From positions 74,576 through 138,575 of the IMG/VR virus record IMGVR_UViG_3300037789_000070: a stretch of 64,000 bases of DNA; one strand, written 5' to 3'. Shown here piece after piece: positions 47,819-58,048 of the stretch. The notes below the pieces were generated by a model. That model was given only the letters and a program-made list of their open reading frames with translations, was not told where the DNA came from and did no database searches. The position numbers and the translations under genes were made by a program. Numbering within the stretch: the stretch's first letter is position 1; each line of letters begins with the position of its first letter. The DNA comes from a virus. Its lineage: Duplodnaviria; Heunggongvirae; Uroviricota; Caudoviricetes.

Positions 47819-49005
47819 TGAAACTAATTGATCTCTTTGAAGCTATTAATTTCAACAAGACTCTCTCCGTTTATCGAGATAAATTAGAAGCACGTCAGCC
47901 GAAGGAGGCGAGTGCTGAGAAAGTGATATCTCATCTGATAGACATATTATCGACCCAACAACAGAAATATCCGTATGTCAGATGGATATTAGATCACTAC
48001 ATCTCTGGCGACATCAAAAAGGCTGAGGACTTCTCAAGAGCAGCGGTTGCATTAGAAGTAATATCTCAGAAAAAGCACCTTCTTCCAGTTAACAAAAGAG
48101 ACATCAATCAAATACGAAATTTTGATGAACTTGAATCTATCAAAGAGAAACTTGAAGCCCAATCAACCGGTAAAAAACTAAAGTCATCTGAGAAGGAGAA
48201 AATATACAAAGAAATTGAAGTTGTCTATGAAGGGCCAGAAGGCAAAGTTCTCATTCCAAAAACGGAAGCCGCTAGTTGCTTTCTTGGCAAAGGTACAAGG
48301 TGGTGTACCGCTGCTACTAAAGGTTATAACTACTTTGATTATTATAACAACAAAGGACCTCTTTATGTCATTCTTCCATCTGACGCCAACAAATTCCAGT
48401 TTCATTTTGAAACTCATTCATTGATGGATGAGAAAGACGAAGAAGTTGAGTTTGACGAATTTAAATCTGCATATCCATGGGTATTCGGTAAGGCGATCAA
48501 TTTTTCAGAACGACGACAAAGATTAGCTGTACAGCAAGATGGTCACGCACTTCAATATATCAAAAATCCAACAGAAGAACTACAAAAAATAGCTGTCAAA
48601 CAAAACGGTTATGCAATCAAATATATCGAAGACCCATCAGAAGAAGTAAAGAGATTAGCTGTACAGCAAGATGGCTATGCAATTGAATATATCAAAAATC
48701 CATCAGAAGAACTACAAAAATTAGCTGTTCAACAAAATGGGGGCGCAATTTATTATATCAAAAATCCATCAGAAGAAATACAGAGATTAGCTGTACAACA
48801 AAATGGCTATGTAATTCAATATATCAAAGACCCATCGGAAGCAGTACAAAAATTAGCTGTGAAACGAAATGGTCATGCACTTCAATATATCGAAAATCCG
48901 TCAGAAGAACTTCAAATAATAGCCGTAAAACAAAATGGCCGCGCGATTCGATATATCAAAGACCCGTCCGAAACAGTGAAAAGATTAGCAAATGAAAATC
49001 GTTGA
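47818..49005 (+). CDS. DUF4116-like 22-aa repeat protein, paralogue 1
   Basis: 'AASCFLGKGTRWCTAA' domain followed by about 7 repeats of AVQQNG.AI.YI.NPSEE. Confidence 0.85.
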   Translation: MKLIDLFEAINFNKTLSVYRDKLEARQPKEASAEKVISHLIDILSTQQQKYPYVRWILDHYISGDIKKAEDFSRAAVALEVISQKKHLLPVNKRDINQIRNFDELESIKEKLEAQSTGKKLKSSEKEKIYKEIEVVYEGPEGKVLIPKTEAASCFLGKGTRWCTAATKGYNYFDYYNNKGPLYVILPSDANKFQFHFETHSLMDEKDEEVEFDEFKSAYPWVFGKAINFSERRQRLAVQQDGHALQYIKNPTEELQKIAVKQNGYAIKYIEDPSEEVKRLAVQQDGYAIEYIKNPSEELQKLAVQQNGGAIYYIKNPSEEIQRLAVQQNGYVIQYIKDPSEAVQKLAVKRNGHALQYIENPSEELQIIAVKQNGRAIRYIKDPSETVKRLANENR

Positions 49006-50311
49006 TCTCCTAGAAGCCATCAATTTCGAGAAAACCCTATCTTCTTACAAGGACAGGTTAGAAGCACGTCAGCCAAGAGAGACGAGTGCGGAAGACATCA
49101 TACAACATTTGGTAGACATATTATCGACCCAACAACAGAAATATCCGTATGTCAGATGGATATTAGATCACTACATCTCTGGCGACATCAAAAAGGCTGA
49201 GGACTTCTCAAGAGCAGCGGTTGCATTAGAAGTAATATCTCAGAAAAAGCACCTGTTACCGATCAATAAGAGAGACATTAACAAAATTAAGTCATTTGAT
49301 GAACTCGAATCATTAAAAGAGAAACTGGAATCTCAATCCACTGGCAAAGAGATGAAGTCAACTGAGAAAGAGAAAATATACAAAGAAATTGAAGTTGTCT
49401 ATGAAGGGCCAGAGGGAAAAGTTCTCATTCCAAAGACAGAAGCCGCTAGTTGCTTTCTTGGCAAAGGCACCCGTTGGTGTACTGCCGCCACTAAAGGCTA
49501 TAATTACTTTGATCATTATAACAGCAAAGGACCTCTTTATGTCATTCTTCCATCTGATGGTCGAAAGTTTCAGTTTCATTTTGAAACTCATTCATTGATG
49601 GATGAGAAAGACAAAACAGTCGATATTAGTGAATTCAAATCAACTTATCCGTGGGTATTCGGTAAGACGATTAAATTTTCAGAACGACGACAAATATTAG
49701 CTGTAAAACAAAATGGTTATGCAATTCAATATATCAATAATCCAACAGAAGAAGTACAAAAAATAGCTGTACAACATTATGGCAACGCAATTCAATATAT
49801 CAATAATCCAACAGAAGAAGTACAAAGATTAGCTGTACAACAAAATGGTTACGCGATTTATTATATCGAAAATCCAACAGAAGAAGTACAACGATTAGCT
49901 GTACAACAAAATGGTACTGCGATTGAATATATCAAAAACCCATCAGAAGAAATACAAAAAATAGCTGTACAACAAAATGGCCGTGAGATTCGATATATCA
50001 AAAACCCATCAGAAGAAATACAAAAAATAGCTGTACAACAAAATGGCCGTGAGATTCGATATATCAAAAACCCATCAGAAAAAGTACGGAGATTGGCTGT
50101 AAAAGAAAATGGCAGTGCAATTCGATATATCAAAGACCCGTCCGAAACGGTGAAAAGATTAGCTGTACAACAAACTGGTTTTGCAATTCAATATATCAAA
50201 AATCCATCAGAAGTAGTACAGAAAATAGCTGTACAACAAAATGGTTATGCAATCAAATATATCAAAGACCCATCAGAAGAAGTAAAGAGATTAGCTGATG
50301 AAAATCGTTGA
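48992..50311 (+). CDS. DUF4116-like 22-aa repeat protein, paralogue 2
   Basis: Near-identical N-terminal half, about 9 repeats. Confidence 0.85.
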   Translation: MKIVDLLEAINFEKTLSSYKDRLEARQPRETSAEDIIQHLVDILSTQQQKYPYVRWILDHYISGDIKKAEDFSRAAVALEVISQKKHLLPINKRDINKIKSFDELESLKEKLESQSTGKEMKSTEKEKIYKEIEVVYEGPEGKVLIPKTEAASCFLGKGTRWCTAATKGYNYFDHYNSKGPLYVILPSDGRKFQFHFETHSLMDEKDKTVDISEFKSTYPWVFGKTIKFSERRQILAVKQNGYAIQYINNPTEEVQKIAVQHYGNAIQYINNPTEEVQRLAVQQNGYAIYYIENPTEEVQRLAVQQNGTAIEYIKNPSEEIQKIAVQQNGREIRYIKNPSEEIQKIAVQQNGREIRYIKNPSEKVRRLAVKENGSAIRYIKDPSETVKRLAVQQTGFAIQYIKNPSEVVQKIAVQQNGYAIKYIKDPSEEVKRLADENR

Positions 50312-50473
50312 CTTCTGATAAATTAATTGCTACATTAAAAACAAGTTAAGGGATGCCAAAGTCCAAGAGTAAAAAGGGATGAGGATATTTGGTTCTTGAC
50401 AACCCTTCTGTTAAACCTTTACATCCGAAATCTTTCAGTATTTATTTTTCTTTTTATAATGTGGTGAAATTAA

Positions 50474-50809
50474 ATGAAACTTTGGAAATCTTGGCCTTGG
50501 TATAAAGAAGTAACTCTTCACGAGGCACGTTATGATCCAACTATTGACACTCAATATAATTTTCGTGATCTGAAAAAGGAAGGTCCTCTTCCATTGCCGG
50601 AAATTTCTGAGGAAGCTGAAGAGTTCAGTGAACTTATCTTTGAACTTTTCAAAACTAAAGAGGAATATGAAAGCGCCAAATGTAACGTTTCAGAATATAC
50701 GGGACAGTGGAACCCTCTTGATTATTATATGGAGGAACTGGCGCTGTACAAAATTGCTAAACAACGTCTCTGGCTTTTCGTTTCTGAGCATATCAAAGAA
50801 AAGAAATGA
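50474..50809 (+). CDS. Hypothetical protein
   Basis: GGTG SD. Confidence 0.65.
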   Translation: MKLWKSWPWYKEVTLHEARYDPTIDTQYNFRDLKKEGPLPLPEISEEAEEFSELIFELFKTKEEYESAKCNVSEYTGQWNPLDYYMEELALYKIAKQRLWLFVSEHIKEKK

Positions 50810-50862
50810 GTGATTGATTTTTTTTTCTTGACAGCCTCATGTCATTAGACTATAAATATACC

Positions 50863-51140
50863 TGAGACCGTTTGAATTGACTTTTGAGGTAGGCAAGACT
50901 CGGGGGCAGTACCCGACGCTTCCACCAAAAACCCATCTATACGTTAAAGGGGTGGGTTTCTTTTGGGAGCGAACTAGGATCGATTGATGCCAGATGAACG
51001 ATGTGAGGTCTTCGGTTGGGTACCGCCGTATCGGTCCAAAACGACTAAATGCAAACGATAACGTTAGCATGGACTCTTACGCACTAGCTGCGTAAGCTTC
51101 CGGGGTTTGGAAGGCACCTAGCAACAGAAGCCTTCCACTT
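50863..51140 (+). ncRNA. ssrA: Circularly permuted two-piece tmRNA, tag ANDNVSMDSYALAA
   Basis: Acceptor piece ends cgcttccACCA (50927); spacer hairpin; coding piece starts gggagcg (50965, G3-U70); tag ORF 51051-51095. Confidence 0.95.
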
Positions 51141-52062
51141 CTTTTCTAAACGATTGATCATTGCCGACTTATTTTTGGAACGGAGTAATTGATGTTTAAG
51201 AAATTTTTGAATGACCTAGCCATAGTCCTTGGTGTAACTTTTGCTGCGGTTTTAGCTGGAACACTCACGATCATCATTTTATCATTCTTGTAATCTTTTA
51301 CTCAGTAACAAATTAATGAAAGCACGATCATGACTCTTCAAGAAGCTATAGATCTTATAAACGATTCTGGTTCTCATGTAGTAGTTCCGGCGACATTGGA
51401 TGACAGTTGTGCTCATTTCCGACGAAAGCCACCTAAGCCTGTAGCACGACCAAACGAAGATTGGTGTGATGAATATACAGATTGGTACGATCAACACATG
51501 TCATATCCTTCTAAGAAATAGGTTGACGACCTAAGGACGTAAGTCTATAATTCTAAATGTTACTTGGTTAAACAAAGGAACTAAAATGTCTAATAAACCT
51601 ATGAAACATGACTTTCTTGCTATGGCAATGTCTGGTCTGATTTGGGTAGCATCTGCTGCAGTTGTAGTTGGGGCAGTTACACTATTCACCATGTAGGACA
51701 ATCTCTATGACCAAAAATGATCGAACACTCTCTTATGGTAGAAATAACATCTTTAACAGGGTGTTCGGTTATTTTTGTTTTTTGGCGGTAGTCACATTTG
51801 TTATAGGAATTTCATTCTTATAACATGATTTTCTTCTTGTAATTTAAACTAAATGTACTATAAATAGAATTATGAACAGAGACAAAGAGCGTTTCGCTCT
51901 CAAAACATTTGGAAGTAAAGAAAGACTGCCGGTCATCCCTGCGGACTACACTGCTTCCTTGTCTCTAACTCCTTCCCTCGTTCTCATACAACAGGCTGAA
52001 ATAGGCAAGCTCTCTAAGTCGTAATTGATTTAGAGAGCCGAAGAATACACTTACTTTTTGAA

Positions 52063-52156
52063 GCTCCTGTAGTTTAACGGTAAAACACCCGCCTTATAAG
52101 CGGCACAGTCTCCAGATTAGAGAGCGATCCGGGTTCGAATCCCGGCGGGAGCACCA
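52063..52156 (+). tRNA. tRNA-Ile(TAT) with long variable arm
   Basis: ccgc-ctTATaa-gcgg; V-arm tctc...gaga; ACCA. Confidence 0.85.
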
Positions 52157-52182
52157 AAAGTTCATAATTCATAAATACATTC

Positions 52183-52569
52183 ATGAACCAAATTAAAGAA
52201 CTGATAGAAAAACTTCAAGAAGCCGTTCACGATCAACTCGAAGAACGAGATAACCGAAGAAGCGGCAATTCTGGGAAAAGTCCTAGATGGAAGAAGTTTG
52301 TTAAAATTGTAAAAAACTTCAATAAAGCGGCAGAAAAAGAACATGAACTATATATGATGGGCAATTGTTCTTTATATGATGAAAATTGCGACGAAGACAC
52401 ACGTAAAAAATTACAAAAAAGAGCTGGAGATGAGGCTGAAAAATGGAATAACGCTTTCATTTCTGAGTTTAAGGACTTGATTTCAAAAAAAGATTTAAAA
52501 GAATTCAGTATATCTCACTATGATTCGTCAGACCCGGAAATTATGGCTGACGCTTGGTTAGGAGAATAA
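52183..52569 (+). CDS. Hypothetical late protein
   Basis: ATAAATA upstream. Confidence 0.7.
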   Translation: MNQIKELIEKLQEAVHDQLEERDNRRSGNSGKSPRWKKFVKIVKNFNKAAEKEHELYMMGNCSLYDENCDEDTRKKLQKRAGDEAEKWNNAFISEFKDLISKKDLKEFSISHYDSSDPEIMADAWLGE

Positions 52570-52876
52570 AAAAAATAAAAAACCCCTTTACAAATAGACT
52601 AAGATAACATATTATCTTTCTGACACTACGAAATGACAGCGGTCATTTCTAGTATTAGAACTGAAAGGAAAGAACGATGTAGCTAAAGTGATGGGTAACC
52701 AGTAAAATCAATTTAGTAAATAGACATTATATAGAAATTGTAAAAAACCTAATCATATAAATCCGCACGGAGAGGCACAATGACCTAGCGATTTAACCAG
52801 ATTTAATTTAGATAGAAAAAGTTTGTAGTAAAAAGAAGCCCTCGTCTCTTTGATTAGAGATTGAGGGCGCTTTTTA

Positions 52877-53371
52877 TTAAACTCTGTCTTCGAGCTTTTC
52901 TAAAATATTGAAAATGGTCGCTCTGGCCCTTTCATTTTTTGAAAACCAAATTGCAGCTAAGGAAATAGACTGAGAAACATTTCCAGTTTTACTATAGAAT
53001 AATGCAATTACTTTTCTAATTTGTTCGATTGCTACTCTACCCATTACTGATGTGATCATTGATGTCTTAACAACAGATGTTCTTAAATTGACAAGTCTAG
53101 CCGGATCTAGCATCGCTTTGCTCGCCATCATATCAGCACCTGCATAAGTCGCTGCTGCGGCCAGTAAGGCTAAAACAAAAGATTTGATAAGAACGTTTAT
53201 CTTTTCTTGTTCTTCACTTTCACTCAGAGAAGGGGTTAAAATGTCAGATAGACTTTCAGGATTAATCCCACATTCATTGAAATATTTCTCAACAGTTTCT
53301 TTTGGAGAACTATTATCATTCTGTTCAACGATTTGAACCAAATTATTTATAGTCGTTTTAACATCTTCCAT
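52877..53371 (-). CDS. Hypothetical late protein
   Basis: ATAAATA upstream on the minus strand. Confidence 0.7.
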   Translation of the reverse strand: MEDVKTTINNLVQIVEQNDNSSPKETVEKYFNECGINPESLSDILTPSLSESEEQEKINVLIKSFVLALLAAAATYAGADMMASKAMLDPARLVNLRTSVVKTSMITSVMGRVAIEQIRKVIALFYSKTGNVSQSISLAAIWFSKNERARATIFNILEKLEDRV

Positions 53372-53464
53372 AGAAGTATTTATCGTACCAGAATTAGTTT
53401 ATCTTTCTAACTAGTTTCATATTTTACTACGTCATGTAATAAATAATTTAAGGGAGAACTTATT

Positions 53465-53914
53465 TTGGCAAGTGAAGAATTAATCCGCCTTCAAGAAATA
53501 TCTGATATTTTAGATCAAGAAATAGAGGCGTCTAAATGCTCTTTTGAGATGTTCCTATCTATGAAACTTCCCGCATGGATTAAAATCTATAACAGGGAAC
53601 TGGACCAATTTAGAATGCTAGTGGTTAATGAAATTTATGAACAGGAATTTGGTTTAATGAATACTGTTTATGGAGGTCAGCTTGATAAAGATGTGTGGGA
53701 AGAAACTGTAAGTGCTGGTTTTGAGGATAATGATCGAAAGGCTCTCACTTCTCGTGGCAAGCCAATCAAATTCAAAGAAAATTTAATTAATCCAAAGGAC
53801 CATAAACAACAAGTCTGTTATGGGTTTAAATGGGGTCCTCACATATCAAAACTTCGAGGTAATGTGGTTCCTGTATTTGGAATAATAACCGCATTAATTG
53901 ATGTCCATGGATAA
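53465..53914 (+). CDS. PAS-like protein
   Basis: 'LPAWIK...VNEIYE..FG....GQLDKDVW.....FEDNDRKAL'. Confidence 0.6.
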   Translation: MASEELIRLQEISDILDQEIEASKCSFEMFLSMKLPAWIKIYNRELDQFRMLVVNEIYEQEFGLMNTVYGGQLDKDVWEETVSAGFEDNDRKALTSRGKPIKFKENLINPKDHKQQVCYGFKWGPHISKLRGNVVPVFGIITALIDVHG

Positions 53915-54389
53915 AAATATGTTGGACCAATTGGAAAAAGTTAGTAAAAAACTAGAACTTGTGGAAGCTGTTTATGACACATGTCTAGAGTTCTTTGAAT
54001 CATGTCCGCTTCCTATGACAATGAAAATTCACTCGAAAGATAATACGTTAAAAGTAGTAGGACATAATGATGCATGTCTAGATCTTTTACAAAATACTAT
54101 GATTACCTTTCTCACAGAAGATGAACTCAAAAATAAATTAATTGCCGATCTTACTTTATTATCTGGAACAGATTTAGAACTAATAAAGAACAAAGGAAAA
54201 CATTATGTGTTTTCAGAAGAATTAAATATCGGTAATAAAAAGATAACTATGAGCAATCATAAATGGTCTGTAACAAAAACATCTGAAAAAACAATGATTT
54301 ATTCGGTAATAGTCACTTCTAACATAAAGGATGAATTAGAAGTTGAGGACACGGAAGAGCCACACAATCTTAAATATATATGTGATTGA
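53907..54389 (+). CDS. PAS-like protein
   Basis: 'FFESCPLPMTMK...HNDA'. Confidence 0.5.
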   Translation: MDKNMLDQLEKVSKKLELVEAVYDTCLEFFESCPLPMTMKIHSKDNTLKVVGHNDACLDLLQNTMITFLTEDELKNKLIADLTLLSGTDLELIKNKGKHYVFSEELNIGNKKITMSNHKWSVTKTSEKTMIYSVIVTSNIKDELEVEDTEEPHNLKYICD

Positions 54390-54408
54390 TTTGATTTGAG
54401 GGCTATGA

Positions 54409-54711
54409 GTGGAAAATCTGGATTATGCAGCCGAATACAGAAAACTACAACTTCAAGCTTTAACTAGACTTGAGGGCAAAGTTGATGAATTACAAAAGAC
54501 TCTGACTGATGTAGGCAATCGATTGTCAGTCATGGAGGGTCAGGCTATATCTGACAAGGTTTCAAAACTGGAAGACAAAACAGAATCGCAAGAATCTCGT
54601 CTTACAAAAATGGAAACTCGTGGCACTATTCTATCTGGCGGTATATCGATGATTGCTGGCGGTGCAGTTGCTTGGGCAGTATCGCTATTAACTGGGGGCG
54701 GAGGCGGATAA
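54409..54711 (+). CDS. Coiled-coil protein with C-terminal TM helix (XhlA/holin-like)
   Basis: Heptad repeats followed by a hydrophobic tail. Confidence 0.55.
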   Translation: MENLDYAAEYRKLQLQALTRLEGKVDELQKTLTDVGNRLSVMEGQAISDKVSKLEDKTESQESRLTKMETRGTILSGGISMIAGGAVAWAVSLLTGGGGG

Positions 54712-55464
54712 GTGTTTTTGCGGCTCATAAAATATATTCTAGAGGGCCGTATAGTCAAAGAGGCCGCACTTTTTTACACAGTTAAACCAGTCATTGTTAA
54801 GATGTTCGAAGGTGGGGATAGACATCCTGTCATAGTTATCCCCGGTTTTATGACAGACGATTGGTCTACTATTCCAATGAGAAAATTTATCAATGAATTG
54901 GGGTATGAATCCAAGGGATGGGAACTTGGTTCAAATCATCCGGGCGATGAAATAGAACGTTATGTTGGTAATATATGTAAATTGGTACAGTCCGAAAGAA
55001 AACGGACGGGCGAAAAAGTGACCATAATAGGTTGGAGTTTAGGTGGAACTCTGGCCAGATGTGTTGCTAGGAAAATACCGAATTCTGTTAGACAGGTGAT
55101 CACTCTGGGCAGTCCTTTAAGTGATGTTCATCTTGTTGGTCCTCCAATTCTTAGGAGCTTATATAAGCGGAAAGCGAAAAGACCTCTTGAAGAACTTGTA
55201 GAAATAATCGGAAATCTTACTGAATTCAACGGTGTTCCGACCACATCAGTTTATAGTAAAACTGATGGTATAGTGGATTGGCAACACTCCCTATTAGACG
55301 TTCATGAATATCATCAGAATATTGAAATAGATGCTTCTCATGTCGGCCTTGGAACTCATTTGGCCGTCTCCGTCATTTTGGCTGAAAAACTAACACATCA
55401 TATAGATAACTGGAAACCTATTAAAGATGATAATTGGAGAAACGTCCTTTTAGAAAATAGTTGA
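54712..55464 (+). CDS. Alpha/beta hydrolase (lipase/esterase)
   Basis: 'PVIVIPGF', GWSLGG nucleophile elbow, 'SKTDGIV', 'SHVGL'. Confidence 0.9.
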   Translation: MFLRLIKYILEGRIVKEAALFYTVKPVIVKMFEGGDRHPVIVIPGFMTDDWSTIPMRKFINELGYESKGWELGSNHPGDEIERYVGNICKLVQSERKRTGEKVTIIGWSLGGTLARCVARKIPNSVRQVITLGSPLSDVHLVGPPILRSLYKRKAKRPLEELVEIIGNLTEFNGVPTTSVYSKTDGIVDWQHSLLDVHEYHQNIEIDASHVGLGTHLAVSVILAEKLTHHIDNWKPIKDDNWRNVLLENS

Positions 55465-55511
55465 CTTTTAAACACTTCTAATATAAATTAACAGGCGTTA
55501 GGAGTGAATTT

Positions 55512-56180
55512 ATGTTGACTTATGCAGTAGGCGATATTCATGGAAGAAGCGATCTTCTTCATATGATGATCGAAAAAATCAAGAACGACAGGGCAGAACG
55601 AATGCCCGATCAACCGGCCCGTGTTATCTTTCTAGGCGATTTTATTGACCGTGGACCAGATAGTAAAGGCGTAATTGAAACTCTCATGAGTGAGCCTCTT
55701 TCAGACGAAGGCTTTGAACAAGTCTGTCTGAAAGGTAATCATGAAGATTTGATGTTGGCCTTTCTTGAGCGTGATAATTTCCTAACTCGCTCTTCATGGT
55801 TTGGAAATGGTGGTGATGCAACTGTTGATAGTTATGGAGATACGATTCCTAAATCCCATAAGAATTGGATTGAACAGCTTCCTCTAATTTTTGTTGATGG
55901 AGAATGGGCGTTCGTTCATGCAGGAATTTCTGAAAACCGGGATATTAACAAGCAACTACCAGAAGTAATGTTATGGGCACGTCTTAAAGCCTTACATGAG
56001 CCGGAATATACTCATCGAATTATTCATGGACATACCATCGTTTCAAGTCCAACAAGTAATTCATTTCATGTGAACGTAGACACTGGTGGATACTACAGTG
56101 AAATATTAACCGCTGCTGTGGTAGATACGTCGCTACCCAAAACCACTAATGTTGAATTTATTGATGTGAGAAATTTTTAA
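55512..56180 (+). CDS. Calcineurin-like Ser/Thr protein phosphatase
   Basis: GDIHG, GDFIDRGP, GNHE, HGHT, VDTG. Confidence 0.92.
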   Translation: MLTYAVGDIHGRSDLLHMMIEKIKNDRAERMPDQPARVIFLGDFIDRGPDSKGVIETLMSEPLSDEGFEQVCLKGNHEDLMLAFLERDNFLTRSSWFGNGGDATVDSYGDTIPKSHKNWIEQLPLIFVDGEWAFVHAGISENRDINKQLPEVMLWARLKALHEPEYTHRIIHGHTIVSSPTSNSFHVNVDTGGYYSEILTAAVVDTSLPKTTNVEFIDVRNF

Positions 56181-56410
56181 TTATGTTGCCATTTAGCGTT
56201 TCACTTTGTATTACAGGAATTCTGCTTTTGATCACTCCCACAATTTTCTTTTTTAAGGAAGGGGGATCAGATGATGGTGATGTGTTTTCTTGGTTAGCTT
56301 CGAAACCTCTAAGTTTTATTATGATGGTTCGGGTATGTTATTCCATTGGCATCCTGTTTTTGTACATAGGTTTAGCCCAAACATATTGGTTCTTTTTAAA
56401 ATAGAAAGAG

Positions 56411-56881
56411 ATGAAAATGACACCTAATGAACTATATTATAATTGTGTACCTAAAAAGATTGTTGACGATTTGTGGGAGTTTCCGACAATATTTTCGGAC
56501 TCCATTCCACTCTTAACGTTTGTTCTTGAGGAACATGAAGATGAAAAGGGAATGGTGAAACAGAAACGAATTCTATTGAAGATCATGGATGACGTTGATT
56601 TCGATGGTTATAGAGGCTCTACTCTTAAAACATTCTGGTTTGATGGTGAGCCGTTCATGATTCATCAGAGTGCTGGTCGAGACAATAGTGATTTTCAGAA
56701 TAGAATTATAACAAACAAAGAAGTTTACTTTAATGCTGTATTATATTTAATACATAATTATATGGGCCATGATATTGTTGACCCGCAAGAGTTTTCTCCC
56801 CCAACGAGAAATATCGAAGATCTTGCTTGTTTTTATGGTTACGATCACGAAAAAAATCTTGACGTTCGCGGCAAGAAGTAA
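56411..56881 (+). CDS. Hypothetical protein
   Basis: Protein-like ORF in operon. Confidence 0.7.
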   Translation: MKMTPNELYYNCVPKKIVDDLWEFPTIFSDSIPLLTFVLEEHEDEKGMVKQKRILLKIMDDVDFDGYRGSTLKTFWFDGEPFMIHQSAGRDNSDFQNRIITNKEVYFNAVLYLIHNYMGHDIVDPQEFSPPTRNIEDLACFYGYDHEKNLDVRGKK

Positions 56882-56910
56882 TGCACATTTTTAATTAAGG
56901 ATAAAACTAA

Positions 56911-57795
56911 ATGAATACTTTACACGAATGCCCTGAGCCGTCTGTCTGTTTTTACCATTTTCCTTGTCTTGATGGATTTGCTGCCGCTCTGGCAGTTGGA
57001 ATTAAATGGCCAGAAGCAAATTTAATTCCTATTAATTACACTCCGGACATGGAACAGGTAATCACAAGTGTCGTTGATGCTTTTGCTAATGATGAGAACA
57101 AGTCGGTGATGTTCGTAGATTTCTTTCCCGGCGCTGAACTTGTCGAAACACTTACCTCATCTCACAAGGTGGTCATTTTCGACCATCATAAAACGGCCCA
57201 AGAAGACATGCAGCTTTTCTTCGAGGCGGGCATCATTGAAGGCACTTTCGATCTAGAACGGTCTGGGGCAGGTATTGCTTGGGACGAATTGCACGGTGCT
57301 GACACTCGTCCAGATCTCATTAATTACATTGAGGATCGTGATCTCTGGCGCTTCAAATACGGCGAAGACACCAAGACTTTTCATGCGTTCATTTCCAGCC
57401 ACCCTTATGATTTTGGTTTGTGGAAACAGCTTATGGACGAAACGAACATGGATTTGGTTTTTGAACAGGGAGGGGCCATTCGTCGGAAGCATAAAAAGGA
57501 TGTCGATGAAATTATTGATCAGTGCCTTCAGTGGCAGACTATTCAAGGTCATCGAGTGCCTGTCATTAATATTCCTTACACTCATGGCTCAGAAGCCGCA
57601 GCAGAAATGTTACGTCGCTACCCAGATGCGCCATTTGCTGCATACTACTGTGATGCAGAAGGCGAACGCCGTTGGGGTTTTCGATCTCAGGATCATCGTG
57701 TAGATGTTTCGGAAATCGCTAAAAATTGGGGTGGCGGCGGTCATCGCAATGCTTCTGGCGTTATTGTTCCTTTTGTAGAACCGAAAGTAGTTTAA
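56911..57795 (+). CDS. DHH/DHHA1 phosphoesterase
   Basis: 'C.DG', 'FDHHKT', 'EDRDLW', 'GGGGHRNASG'. Confidence 0.9.
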   Translation: MNTLHECPEPSVCFYHFPCLDGFAAALAVGIKWPEANLIPINYTPDMEQVITSVVDAFANDENKSVMFVDFFPGAELVETLTSSHKVVIFDHHKTAQEDMQLFFEAGIIEGTFDLERSGAGIAWDELHGADTRPDLINYIEDRDLWRFKYGEDTKTFHAFISSHPYDFGLWKQLMDETNMDLVFEQGGAIRRKHKKDVDEIIDQCLQWQTIQGHRVPVINIPYTHGSEAAAEMLRRYPDAPFAAYYCDAEGERRWGFRSQDHRVDVSEIAKNWGGGGHRNASGVIVPFVEPKVV

Positions 57796-58048
57796 ACAAA
57801 AAAGTTCTTGCAATTAGATCGTAGCTACCTATAATAGATATTAGCACTGGGATATTTTTTGTTTTTGTGTTCACAGAACCTCCTCTAATGTTCACAGAAT
57901 CTCCTCAAGAATATTTCTGATGCCATCAATCGATACGAGTTAAATGAGAGAAATCTCTTGCGTTTAACTCAAAACTCTTATATAGAGTAAATATGAATGT
58001 GATGCGGAACGTGTCACAAGTGAAAAATAGAAGATGGGAACCACTTCG

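Noticed and set aside
48520..50300. Regular 66-bp repeats as a CRISPR array
   Set aside because: They are in-frame coding repeats with no unique spacers and no cas genes.
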